DNA of 14,313 nucleotides from an archaeon (GTDB taxonomy: Archaea; Iainarchaeota; Iainarchaeia; Iainarchaeales; CSSED10-239). Shown here piece after piece: positions 1 through 7,033 of this stretch (position 1 is its first letter; every line of letters begins with the position of its first letter). The stretch lies in NCBI GenBank assembly GCA_035387745.1, contig DAOOON010000005.1:1-14313 (forward strand), read 5' to 3'. The position numbers and the translations under genes are program-made. Under the pieces are notes generated by a model. It was not told where the DNA came from. It ran no database searches and was given only the letters and a program-made list of their open reading frames with translations.

Positions 1-108
1 TTTTCACTCCGTTTTGTTATGCTATATTATAGATTAAATAAAATATCCTTTTAAATATTTGTATTTATCATATTAATTGTAAATAAATTTATTTAAGCAG
101 GTGAAAAA

Positions 109-576
109 ATGGTATTATACAAATATTGTTCAAGATGTTATTCTTTAAATATTTCAAGAGACCCAAATTCTAATAATCAGAAATGTATGCAATGCGGTAA
201 TATTGGGATTATGCCTCAAGATAGTATTGATAAGATTAATGTTATGAAAAAATCAAAAGATGGGCAAAGATATGCAGCAGCATCTCAAAGTGCAAGACCT
301 TTAAGAACTGGTAGTCCAGGTAATGATTGTGAGGTTATTAGAAAGAAGGACGACCCTTATAATGACGATATTGACGAAATCGAAGTTCCAAAATCTAAAG
401 ATAATTTTGAAGACGATGAAGAACCAGAAGACAATTTAGAATCTAGGCAATCAAATATTATGAAAAGATCATCTCAGCAGCCAACGCCTGAGAGACACGG
501 GCTTTCTCCAAAAAGCAATCTTTCAGCAAAAGAAAGATTAAAGGAAAAGGGCGGGAAAGACTGGGATTTAGTTTAA
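109..576 (+). CDS. Hypothetical zinc-ribbon protein with an acidic low-complexity C-terminal part
   Basis: ATG at 109 with AGGTGA at 99-104; 155 aa. The N-terminus carries CxxC-x15-CxxC (CSRC...CMQC), a four-Cys zinc-ribbon signature. The remaining ~110 aa are D/E/K/S/P-rich and look disordered. No family recognised. Confidence 0.6.
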   Translation: MVLYKYCSRCYSLNISRDPNSNNQKCMQCGNIGIMPQDSIDKINVMKKSKDGQRYAAASQSARPLRTGSPGNDCEVIRKKDDPYNDDIDEIEVPKSKDNFEDDEEPEDNLESRQSNIMKRSSQQPTPERHGLSPKSNLSAKERLKEKGGKDWDLV

Positions 577-601
577 ATTTAATCAATTTGGAGGAAATAA
601 A

Positions 602-904
602 ATGAAAACCGAAAAAACAAAATGGTATTTTTTAATTGCAGTAGCTTTAATTGTTGGTGCAATTGTTGGTTATCTTGCAACAACTAAATTTTCAACAACA
701 GGAGATGCAAAAATAGGTATCTCTGATAGTTGTGTAAATGAAGTTGATCTTTTAAGAGATGATGCATCCGCGAGATGTTATTGTTCGGTGGGAACTTGTA
801 CCTGTGGAGGTGATTGTCCTTATGCGCCAAATGGCACAGAAAAGTGTAACTGGACAAAAAAACAATATTACAAATATGTAACAGATGAATTAAGTAAAAA
901 ATAA
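602..904 (+). CDS. Small membrane-anchored Cys-rich protein (hypothetical)
   Basis: ATG at 602 with GGAGG at 590-594; 100 aa. K-rich N-terminus, one hydrophobic helix (WYFLIAVALIVGAIVGYLA), then a ~70 aa tail with 7 Cys (ARCYCSVGTCTCGGDC...KC) and two N-x-T sequons (NGT, NWT). Its stop at 902-904 lies 2 nt from the stop of the convergent gene. Confidence 0.55.
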   Translation: MKTEKTKWYFLIAVALIVGAIVGYLATTKFSTTGDAKIGISDSCVNEVDLLRDDASARCYCSVGTCTCGGDCPYAPNGTEKCNWTKKQYYKYVTDELSKK

Positions 905-906
905 AA

Positions 907-1779
907 TTATTTTATTTTTTCATATTCTTTTTTTAGAAGTAGGGCATCCTGGTGTGGTATTGGACTTTCTGAGATTACAACACCGCTTGCTTTTATTTCT
1001 ACTAATTTTTCTAGTATCTTTTTGTAAGGGAAGTCGTTTGCTTTGTCTGTTAACATAACATGGTTTCTCTCGCCTTTTGGAGAGTATTCAATTCCTGACA
1101 TGTGACAATGCATTTGCTTAACATAATCAGGATAGCTATTGAGCTTTTCAAAGAAGGCATTAATGTTTTTCTGATCTTTAAAATAACCATCAAAACGAGC
1201 GTGCTGGTGTGAGAAGTCAATTACTGGTAAAACGTTTTCTGCTTTATATTTTTCAAAAAAATAAAAGATATCTTCAAGAGAACCAACTTGTGTTTCTTTT
1301 CCTGTCAATTCTAAACCAATATTTATCTTCTCTTTGTTTCCGCGCTTATCAAGTTCAGAAATAATCTTCTCAAGACCAAAAGAAACTTTTTCAAGAACAA
1401 CAGCCCTCTCTTGTTTTTGAAAAAAACCGGGGTGGAACAATGCAATTTTTGAGCCAATCTCTTGTCCAACTAATAGTGAGTTTGTAATATAGCCTGTGCT
1501 GTTTCTAATAATCTCTGGATCAAGAGAACTAAGATTAATATAGTATGGGCAATGAATACTAAGAAGAGTGTTTTTTTCTTCTGCTGTCTTTCTTATCTCT
1601 TGTAATTGTTCTTTATTATTAAGCTTAAGATAAACCCCTCTAACAAACTCAATCTCTAAAGCATCAAGAGAAAAAGAAGAGACTTGCATAATTCCAGTAG
1701 TTGTCTGATCTTTTATTTTTGGAATGGGGGCATTTGACACACCAGGAATTCCGGCAGTTCCAAAATATAACTTATTCAT
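907..1779 (-). CDS. nfo: Endonuclease IV family AP endonuclease (xylose-isomerase-like TIM barrel)
   Basis: 290 aa, ATG at 1779-1777 on the minus strand. Hand comparison with the E. coli Nfo metal-ligand blocks gives: HCPYYINL (Nfo HDSYLINL), FHPG (FHPGS), LELTG (IENTAG), IDFSHQH (IDTCHAF), CHMSG...GERNH (MHLND...DRHH), VISES (LILET). The start overlaps the stop of the upstream ferredoxin gene by 4 nt (ATGA, 1776-1779). Confidence 0.8.
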   Translation of the reverse strand: MNKLYFGTAGIPGVSNAPIPKIKDQTTTGIMQVSSFSLDALEIEFVRGVYLKLNNKEQLQEIRKTAEEKNTLLSIHCPYYINLSSLDPEIIRNSTGYITNSLLVGQEIGSKIALFHPGFFQKQERAVVLEKVSFGLEKIISELDKRGNKEKINIGLELTGKETQVGSLEDIFYFFEKYKAENVLPVIDFSHQHARFDGYFKDQKNINAFFEKLNSYPDYVKQMHCHMSGIEYSPKGERNHVMLTDKANDFPYKKILEKLVEIKASGVVISESPIPHQDALLLKKEYEKIK

Positions 1780-1967
1780 TCTTCTTCAATCTTTATACAA
1801 GAAACCGGGCAACTGTCTGCTGCAACTTGATTACAACCAATCTCTGCAACTTTTGTTTTCTTTGGTACTGGTTTTTCTCCTTGGTATGCCCAGTTATCTG
1901 GACAAACAGCAACACAGGCTCCACAACCAACGCATTTGTTTTTATCATGTATTATTTTAAATCCCAT
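1776..1967 (-). CDS. Small [4Fe-4S] ferredoxin, Pyrococcus/Thermotoga mono-cluster type
   Basis: 63 aa. AAGGAG (reverse complement of 1975-1980) lies 7 nt upstream of the ATG at 1967. CVGCGACVAVCPD is a CxxCxxCxxxCP motif, followed by distal C...CPVSCIKIEEE. The spacing and the acidic ...CPVS.I.IEE C-terminus match the short single-cluster ferredoxins. Confidence 0.85.
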   Translation of the reverse strand: MGFKIIHDKNKCVGCGACVAVCPDNWAYQGEKPVPKKTKVAEIGCNQVAADSCPVSCIKIEEE

Positions 1968-2074
1968 TTAATCGCTCCTTAAGTTTTATTATATTAATAA
2001 GATATAAAATAAACATGTATTTAAATGTTTCTTTCCTTTATAAATATATTTTAATATTAAAAAACAGATGTATA

Positions 2075-4297
2075 ATGCCTGATAAGTATAAAAAATTCAA
2101 GGTCTCAACAGAGAATCCTGGCGAAATTTATAGTTCTATATCAGTGGATTCTAGAGATTTTTCTAAACCTTCAGACAAGCTTACAAAAAGAACATCTGAT
2201 AAATATGTTACTTTATGTAAAAAAATATACCAAAAATTTCCAAGCCTTGGGGTAAATGGGAAATATAACGAAGAATACCAAAAAGCAATTGATTTTCTTG
2301 ACTGGGACTTAACTGCAGAAGAATATACTGCAACCACTAAACTTGTTTTGTTTGGAGGGCTATTTATTACATTGTTTATTTCAGGATTATCTTATGCTTT
2401 TCTATATACTATCCTGTCAGAAGCCTTTGGTAATTCTATGATGGCTTTATTTTTGATATTTGGACTACCAGCAGTTATTTTTATTTTTGTTTTTCTTTCA
2501 TTTCAGAAATATCCATTAAAGAAAGTTGCTGATGAGAAGATAAAAGCACTAACTTTTGTTCCTGAAATTTTAGGTTATATGATAATGTCTATGAAGTTAG
2601 TGCCTAATCTAGAAAAAGCAATAGAATTTGCTTCAGAACATGGACATGGAAAGATTGCTGAGGATCTTAAAAAATTACTTTGGGAAGTAAAGGTCGGAAT
2701 AAAAAACAGTGTTGCCGAAGGATTAGATGATTTAGCTTATCGCTGGGGAGATATTTCTATAGAATTAAAGAAAGGATTAATGAAGATTAGAGCATCAGTT
2801 ATTGAATCTTCAGAAAGCAAGAGATATCAACTTCTTGATCAGACAATGTCTGAAACTCTAGAGTCTGTAAAAGGCAAATTAGAAGATTATGCAAGAACTT
2901 TAAATCAGCCAGCAACAATTATGTTTTATCTTGGAATATTATTGCCTTTATTATTGATTATTGTTTTACCTGTTGGCTCTGCATTTTCTGGTTCTGCTCT
3001 TGCTCAACCAATTTATTTAATTTTAATTTATAATGTAATTATACCATTAGCTTGTTTTTTCTATGCTCAAGGGGTTATTAAAAAAAGGCCACCAACCTAC
3101 AATCCACCAAACATACCTTATGATTTTCCAGGGCTGCCAAAAAAGAATCATTTAAGAGTTAAGAATGCTCAAATTAATGTTTTTATAATAATTGCAATAC
3201 TTCTTGTAAGTTGTGCAGTTATTGGTTTTACGCTACAAAACGCCTATGGTGTGACAAGAGAAAAGATTTTAGAAAGAGAACAGGGCACGACTACACCAAA
3301 TTGGGATTGTACAAGAGAAGAAAGACAACAACAGCTTCTAGATCCTGCCTTTATATGTGCTGATGAAAGAAATTTTTGGCAAGATCCTAAAAATTCTATA
3401 ACTCCTTATTATCTAATATTTTTTATATTGTTTGCAGTTGCTGCTTCCATTTCTTTGTGGGCATATGCCACAAGTGTCTATAAAAGAAAAATACAACTAG
3501 CAACTGAAAATCAAGAAAAAGAATTTAAAGATGCTCTTTATATTATTGCAAGTAGACTTGGAGAAAACAAGCCAATAGAAGATGCTTTTGAGCATACCAG
3601 AAGATTTTTACCTAAGTCTACAGTTGCAAAGGATATTTTTGGTAAAACTGTAGATAATATTAGAGTCTTAGGTCTAACTCTTCAGTCAGCAGTTTTTGAT
3701 AGAAATTATGGTGCTTTAAAGAACAATCCATCAAGAATAATAACAAGTGCCATGCAATTGGTTGTTGATTCTGTGCAGATGGGAGTTAATGTTGCTGCAA
3801 AAACTTTAATTTCATATTCTATGCAGCTAAGAAATACAGACGAGATCAATCGTTTGCTTTCTATTCTGATTGCCGAAATTACAGGAACACTAAATAGTAT
3901 GGCTAAGTTTATTGGCCCAATTATCCTTGGTGTAACAACAACTCTTCATAAGGTGGTTATTTCTACTCTAGCATCAGTTGCAAGTTCTGGGGCAATACAG
4001 GACATGACTCAATCTCTAGAAGGAATAAATACTGCAGAACTTGGAATGGATTTAACGTCTGTATCTTCTTTTGGTACAGCAATCAATGTTGAGGTTATTG
4101 GTAAACTTGCAAGTGCAACTTCTTTTACAATTATTGTTGCGATTTATTTGATTGAGATTGTTCTAATAATGACTTATTTTACAACAATGATTGAGCAAGA
4201 AAATATGACATTAGTAAAATATAGGATTTCACAAACTCTTCCTGTTGCTGTAATTTTGTTTATAATTACAGTGATATTAGCAAACATGGTATTATGA
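2075..4297 (+). CDS. FlaJ/TadC/PilC-like polytopic platform protein of a type IV pilus-like system (two T2SSF-like domains)
   Basis: 740 aa counted from ATG 2075 (MPDKYKK...). The track ORF starts at 2015, but its first 20 codons read through AT-rich promoter-like sequence (ctttataaatatatttt). About 9 predicted TM helices. Two helical cytoplasmic segments each follow a basic stretch and precede TM helices: roughly 2537-2974 (KALTFVPEILGYMIMSMKLVPNLEKAIEFASEHGHGKIAEDL...GLDDLAYRW) and roughly 3512-3964 (KEFKDALYIIASRLGENKPIEDAFEHTRRFLP...). This repeats the GspF/T2SSF domain pattern. The stop overlaps the next gene start (ATGA, 4294-4297). Confidence 0.7.
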   Translation: MPDKYKKFKVSTENPGEIYSSISVDSRDFSKPSDKLTKRTSDKYVTLCKKIYQKFPSLGVNGKYNEEYQKAIDFLDWDLTAEEYTATTKLVLFGGLFITLFISGLSYAFLYTILSEAFGNSMMALFLIFGLPAVIFIFVFLSFQKYPLKKVADEKIKALTFVPEILGYMIMSMKLVPNLEKAIEFASEHGHGKIAEDLKKLLWEVKVGIKNSVAEGLDDLAYRWGDISIELKKGLMKIRASVIESSESKRYQLLDQTMSETLESVKGKLEDYARTLNQPATIMFYLGILLPLLLIIVLPVGSAFSGSALAQPIYLILIYNVIIPLACFFYAQGVIKKRPPTYNPPNIPYDFPGLPKKNHLRVKNAQINVFIIIAILLVSCAVIGFTLQNAYGVTREKILEREQGTTTPNWDCTREERQQQLLDPAFICADERNFWQDPKNSITPYYLIFFILFAVAASISLWAYATSVYKRKIQLATENQEKEFKDALYIIASRLGENKPIEDAFEHTRRFLPKSTVAKDIFGKTVDNIRVLGLTLQSAVFDRNYGALKNNPSRIITSAMQLVVDSVQMGVNVAAKTLISYSMQLRNTDEINRLLSILIAEITGTLNSMAKFIGPIILGVTTTLHKVVISTLASVASSGAIQDMTQSLEGINTAELGMDLTSVSSFGTAINVEVIGKLASATSFTIIVAIYLIEIVLIMTYFTTMIEQENMTLVKYRISQTLPVAVILFIITVILANMVL

Positions 4298-4836
4298 ATT
4301 TTAAATTAAGTAAAAAAGGAGATGATTCAGCTTCTGAAGCCTATAGGCTACTTATTGGATTTATTCTTGGTGCAGCTATTCTTGTTATTATTATGAATAT
4401 GATTAACAGTACACAAAACCAATCAATATTAATAAGTAATCAGAAACTAAAAGAAGGGCTAGTCTCTGCAGTAAAGAGTACAGGAACAAGTGCAAAAACT
4501 CCTTTTGTTATTGAGGATTTAATGCTTAAAGGAAGTATCTCTAAAACTACAATTACAAATTATACAGGTCTTCCAGAAGAATGTATGGCTTTTGTTGCTG
4601 GTCCAAGGCTTTTTTCCGAAAATGACTTTAATATTATAAGAATAAAACCGAGATATTTGAAAATGGATGTTTGGGCATATTGTGATTTTATGCCCCCAGG
4701 AACGACACAGCTACCAGATGGATTAGATACAAACACGCAGGGGCAGCTTACACCAGATCCTGACGATTGTCCGACATACTGTGTATTTTTCTTTAATGTT
4801 AAACCAGATAATGGGCTTTATACTACAACCTCTTAA
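4294..4836 (+). CDS. Pilin-like protein with an atypical class III signal peptide
   Basis: 180 aa, translationally coupled to the platform gene. The N-terminus MNFKLSKKG|DDSASEAYRLLIGFILGAAILVIIMNMI has basic residues, then G, then an S-x-E-xxx-L-like motif, then a ~20 aa hydrophobic helix. The mature part has 4 Cys and an NYT sequon. The globular domain was not recognised. Confidence 0.6.
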   Translation: MNFKLSKKGDDSASEAYRLLIGFILGAAILVIIMNMINSTQNQSILISNQKLKEGLVSAVKSTGTSAKTPFVIEDLMLKGSISKTTITNYTGLPEECMAFVAGPRLFSENDFNIIRIKPRYLKMDVWAYCDFMPPGTTQLPDGLDTNTQGQLTPDPDDCPTYCVFFFNVKPDNGLYTTTS

Positions 4837-4903
4837 AATTAATATTTATAAACAATACCACACTATAATATTTTAATTAAATACAGAAAATGTGAAAAAC
4901 CAT

Positions 4904-5398
4904 ATGAACATCTTTACTAAAATTTTATTTATTCTTTTAGCAATTGTAATACTTATACTTGGCTTTATTGTTGGAACCTTTATCTTAACTTTTATATTTG
5001 TATTATTAATCTTAATGACTTTATTGTTTGTGATTATTTGGTTATTTAATAATCTCGTAAGCCTATTTAAAAGTAGCATAGCTAAACTTATCTTTAAGTC
5101 TGTATTCTCTATGGTCGCTACTTATGGTTTAATTACAATATTGTGGTTATTTACTGGTAAGTTCTTTTTACAGATGGATAAAACAATAGCACTTAGTGTT
5201 ATTTGGGTTATTACGGTTTTAATCTTTGGGGTATTGTGGTATTTATTACACATAAGAAAGCATTCAAAGAAGCACCAATATCTTTGGGATGACTATAAGA
5301 GCACTCCAGATAAACTAGATAGTTGGGATGTTCTTTTAATGCTTGTATTGCCATCAATATTAGTTTATATATTTAATTTTGCTCATGCGATAATTTGA
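4904..5398 (+). CDS. Small polytopic membrane protein (about 5 TM), unknown function
   Basis: The track ORF begins at GTG 4892. ATG 4904 (MNIFTKILF...) lies 8 nt after GTGA and is the more likely start. The protein is almost entirely hydrophobic helices with one basic loop (HIRKHSKKHQ). No GxGD or other catalytic motif was seen. Confidence 0.55.
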   Translation: MNIFTKILFILLAIVILILGFIVGTFILTFIFVLLILMTLLFVIIWLFNNLVSLFKSSIAKLIFKSVFSMVATYGLITILWLFTGKFFLQMDKTIALSVIWVITVLIFGVLWYLLHIRKHSKKHQYLWDDYKSTPDKLDSWDVLLMLVLPSILVYIFNFAHAII

Positions 5399-5399
5399 G

Positions 5400-5422
5400 T
5401 TTAGGTTAAAAAACAACCTAAA
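5400..5422 (+). terminator. Hairpin immediately after the 5398 stop (candidate terminator or RNA-stability element)
   Basis: tttaggtt (5400-5407) pairs perfectly with aacctaaa (5415-5422) around a 7-nt loop. A T5 run follows at about 5446-5450. The stem is AT-rich and weak. Confidence 0.3.
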
Positions 5423-5516
5423 ATAAAGATTTACAATCAAGCTAGTTTTTGGTTTATTATTAACTTTAATTTTATTATTAATATAATTATAATTCAATAA
5501 ACCTTGCAATATCAAT

Positions 5517-5531
5517 AGCTTTTTAAAAGCT
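5517..5531. promoter_or_regulatory. Palindrome AGCTTTT-T-AAAAGCT in the long intergenic region upstream of 5600 (candidate operator)
   Basis: 7-bp arms around one central base, centred ~76 nt upstream of ATG 5600. A related string (aagctttaaaaag, 6395-6407) sits ~83 nt upstream of the paralog start at 6484. This could be chance in AT-rich DNA. Confidence 0.25.
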
Positions 5532-5599
5532 TATATCTTCTATTTCTTTTATTTAATCTTAGTACTAAATACTATTTTAAATAAAATTAGTGAAAATAT

Positions 5600-6385
5600 A
5601 TGAAAAACACAAAAAAAGAAGATCAAGAATACCTTGATTCAATGTTAGAAAAGCACAACATATCTACAAAATACGATAATGAATATTATAGAAAGTTAGA
5701 TAATACAATTTTACAATGGTGTCCATTTGTATTAATATTATTTATTATTCTTTCTATTTTATGGTCTTCTATAGTCGGCAGTAATAAACAAATAATTAGT
5801 TTTTTTATATTTACTGTAATATTTATTTTTGCAGTACTTTATATAATTTTTTCTTTTTTATTTTGGATTGTGGAGTTGTTATCTAAAAAAACTAAAAATT
5901 ATAAGTTTAATTTAATAGTAAAATTATCAATTTCAATTATTTTAGCAATATTAATTACATATACTGTATCTACCCCAATTTGTGCTGGTTGTGGAGGGAG
6001 TACTCCAACAATAGCAACGACACAATTATTAAAATCTTTAATTGATAATCCAGGAGCAGAAAGTTGTACATATCCTGTTACATTTACTATATCAAAATCC
6101 ACACTTTCAGCAGAAAGCATAACAAGAGATACGGGGTTAGAGCCTGAGCAAGTTTATTTTGCCAATCCTGAAGACATAGTAAATTTTGATGCAATTGATT
6201 CTCAATTACTAAAATATACTGCCACATCAAGCAAAAAAGTAGCAATTTGTGCTATTTGTTCGCAAGATGGCAAAACCGGATTAGAGCAAGCACTTCAAGA
6301 AAACGGCATAAGCAACACAACAATAAATTCAATAATAGAAGGAGAAACCATTTGTGCAGTTTATCCAAGAAAATCAGCAAATTAA
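5600..6385 (+). CDS. Membrane-tethered paralog of the 6484-7008 pilin (three N-terminal TM helices plus a shared Cys-containing globular domain)
   Basis: 261 aa; ATG at 5600 with GTGA at 5590-5593. Residues ~137-261 align with residues ~45-174 of the next ORF (LIDNPGAESCTYPVTFTISKSTLSAESIT vs QINNPGAESCTDPVTFTRSKSTLSAEGIT; ...GETICAVYPRK vs ...GETVCVIYPRK). All four Cys are conserved. The N-terminal 95 aa (a cytoplasmic segment plus 2 TM helices) have no counterpart in the paralog. Confidence 0.65.
   Translation: MKNTKKEDQEYLDSMLEKHNISTKYDNEYYRKLDNTILQWCPFVLILFIILSILWSSIVGSNKQIISFFIFTVIFIFAVLYIIFSFLFWIVELLSKKTKNYKFNLIVKLSISIILAILITYTVSTPICAGCGGSTPTIATTQLLKSLIDNPGAESCTYPVTFTISKSTLSAESITRDTGLEPEQVYFANPEDIVNFDAIDSQLLKYTATSSKKVAICAICSQDGKTGLEQALQENGISNTTINSIIEGETICAVYPRKSAN
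6045..6120 (+). repeat. Dispersed near-identical 76-nt block, copy 1 (inside the 5600-6385 CDS)
   Basis: Hand alignment with 6653-6728 gives 69 of 76 identical positions, including most synonymous sites. Flanking homologous coding sequence is far more diverged. Confidence 0.85.
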
Positions 6386-6483
6386 ATATATAAGAAGCTT
6401 TAAAAAGATTTTGTTAATATTATTTCATTAATATATTTATATTAAATAGAGTAAATAAAAAATAAAAAAGGTGAAAACAAATT

Positions 6484-7008
6484 ATGTTAAAATTAACAAA
6501 GAAAGGACAAGCCTCATCAACATTTCAATTGTTGATTGCCGCAGTTGTTGCTCTTGCAATTTTAGGTGTTTTATTAAATATACTAGGGGTTCTTCCAGGA
6601 CTAAATAAAGACCCTACAAAGACTACAAAAACACTTTTAACTGATCAAATAAATAATCCAGGAGCAGAAAGCTGTACAGACCCAGTTACATTTACTAGAT
6701 CAAAATCAACACTTTCAGCAGAAGGCATTACCGTTAATACCGGGATAGAAATGACACAAGTATATTTTGATAATCCAGAGACAATATCCAATTTTGATCC
6801 AAAGGACAGTATATTAAGATATGGAGCGAGCGGCTCAAAAAAAGTAATGATGTGTATTGTTTGTTCTTCAGATAAAAGCACATTAGATCAGGCAATTGAG
6901 GCAAATCAAAAGACAGACCCAGCAGATAATTTTAAAACTCAACCCACAGAATTATCTTCTGGGGAAACAGTATGTGTAATATATCCAAGAAAGACATCTG
7001 CTTCATAA
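6484..7008 (+). CDS. Type IV pilin-like protein with a class III signal peptide
   Basis: 174 aa; AGGTGA at 6469-6474, 9 nt upstream of the ATG. The N-terminus MLKLTKKG|QASSTFQLLIAAVVALAILGVLLNILGV fits basic-G|Q plus a hydrophobic helix (the Q-x-S motif of PF04021-type signals). The mature domain has 4 Cys. Confidence 0.75.
   Translation: MLKLTKKGQASSTFQLLIAAVVALAILGVLLNILGVLPGLNKDPTKTTKTLLTDQINNPGAESCTDPVTFTRSKSTLSAEGITVNTGIEMTQVYFDNPETISNFDPKDSILRYGASGSKKVMMCIVCSSDKSTLDQAIEANQKTDPADNFKTQPTELSSGETVCVIYPRKTSAS
6653..6728 (+). repeat. Dispersed near-identical 76-nt block, copy 2 (inside the 6484-7008 CDS)
   Basis: See copy 1. The shared string starts ataatccaggagcagaaag and ends cactttcagcagaa[a/g]gcat. 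Confidence 0.85.
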
Positions 7009-7033
7009 GATAAAATATAAGAAAAGGTAAGAT

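Noticed and set aside
1-10. ttttcactcc at the window edge (reverse complement GGAGTGAAAA), possibly a ribosome-binding site for an off-window minus-strand gene
   Set aside because: The putative start codon would lie outside the window, so this cannot be evaluated.
1701-1982. Plus-strand track ORFs 1701-1982 and 1724-1960
   Set aside because: They lie entirely antisense to the well-supported ferredoxin and nfo genes. Their products are low-complexity hydrophobic sequence with no start context. They are shadow ORFs.
2015-2074. 20-codon N-terminal extension of the platform ORF (MYLNVSFLYKYILILKNRCI)
   Set aside because: It reads through AT-rich promoter-like sequence containing TATA-like strings. 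ATG 2075 (MPDKYKK) gives a sensible basic cytoplasmic N-terminus. The start choice remains uncertain.
2128-2337. Minus-strand track ORFs 2128-2337, 4873-5079, 8960-9157 and 9224-9484
   Set aside because: All are antisense to longer ORFs with clear features. They are typical of stop-poor antisense frames in AT-rich coding DNA.
4904-5398. Possibility that the small polytopic protein is the missing prepilin peptidase
   Set aside because: It has no GxGD motif or paired catalytic Asp in TM-proximal positions, and it is shorter than FlaK/PibD/EppA-type enzymes. The same applies to 10774-11310.
5960-6000. Lipobox-like string after TM3 of the tethered paralog (TVSTPICAGCGGS)
   Set aside because: A-G-C fits positions -2 to +1 of a lipobox, but position -3 is Cys rather than L/V/I. 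The helix is internal rather than N-terminal. Lipidation cannot be supported from sequence alone.
6045-6728. Diversity-generating retroelement (template/variable repeat) as an explanation for the 76-nt near-identical block
   Set aside because: Five of the 7 mismatches fall at T in copy 1 (A on the other strand), which is superficially DGR-like. However, there is no reverse transcriptase in the window, and both copies are coding. Most A/T positions are unchanged, and the count is too small to stand out in AT-rich DNA.
5899-6881. Minus-strand track ORFs 5899-6120 and 6645-6881, which resemble each other (SAESVDFD.VNVTG.VQLSAPGL)
   Set aside because: Their similarity is simply the reverse-strand image of the near-identical 76-nt block shared by the sense-strand paralogs. 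It is not an independent gene family.
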